From: Lama guanicoe
Taxonomy: Eukaryota
NCBI GenBank assembly: GCA_013239625.1
Contig: MU056000.1
Span: forward strand, 12,599,175 to 12,663,174
Length of the DNA: 64,000 nucleotides
Direction: 5' to 3'
The notes below the pieces were generated by a model, which saw only the letters and a program-made list of their open reading frames with translations, ran no database searches and was not told the origin of the DNA. Position 1 is the stretch's first letter. Every line of letters begins with the position of its first letter. Positions 63,883 to 64,000 of this stretch are shown here, in pieces. Position numbers and translations under genes: made by a program.

Positions 63883-64000
63883 GTAACTTGGAAATGATTA
63901 TGGGTCAGAATCATGTAGAATACAGTAAGAAGAGACCTCCTAAAAATCTATACTCTCAGACATTCACCCAAACCTTGACTCTCTTCTATAGCACTTTCCA

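Noticed and set aside
1..64000. CRISPR array, prokaryotic operon, defence system or intact ERV/transposase
   Set aside because: No regularly spaced repeat-spacer units and no long ORFs; the content is typical mammalian interspersed repeats and unique non-coding DNA.
1..64000. Inferring a host-gene strand from L1 orientation bias
   Set aside because: Younger L1s occur on both strands (about six minus and four plus, not counting duplicates), too few to be informative.

Overview
Mammalian non-coding DNA, most likely from a camelid (camel/alpaca lineage). The inference rests on three copies of a short tRNA-headed SINE (GGGGAGGGT.TAGCT..GTGGT ... AAATAAATAAACCTAATTACC) and many cetartiodactyl-type L1 3' ends. 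I found no recognisable protein-coding gene, RNA gene, CRISPR array or prokaryotic system. The supplied ORFs are L1 remnants, microsatellite read-through or chance ORFs. The window is a mosaic of younger L1 3' fragments (several with readable target-site duplications, TSDs), MaLR/ERVL solo LTRs, DNA-transposon MITEs (MER5A, MER81, MER82, Tigger-type), and old MIR/L2/L1M relics, with TE-poor stretches that may be regulatory. The most unusual structure is in the first 5.7 kb: a near-identical ~2.07-kb tandem duplication carrying a twin-primed (5'-inverted) L1, in which one copy has its (TA)n segment replaced by 151 bp of unrelated sequence, and a second ~170-bp duplication enclosing another foreign patch. 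These could be real complex rearrangements or assembly artefacts. Repeat family names are from recalled consensus sequences, not a database search, and boundaries without TSDs are approximate. I cannot support a novel biological system here.
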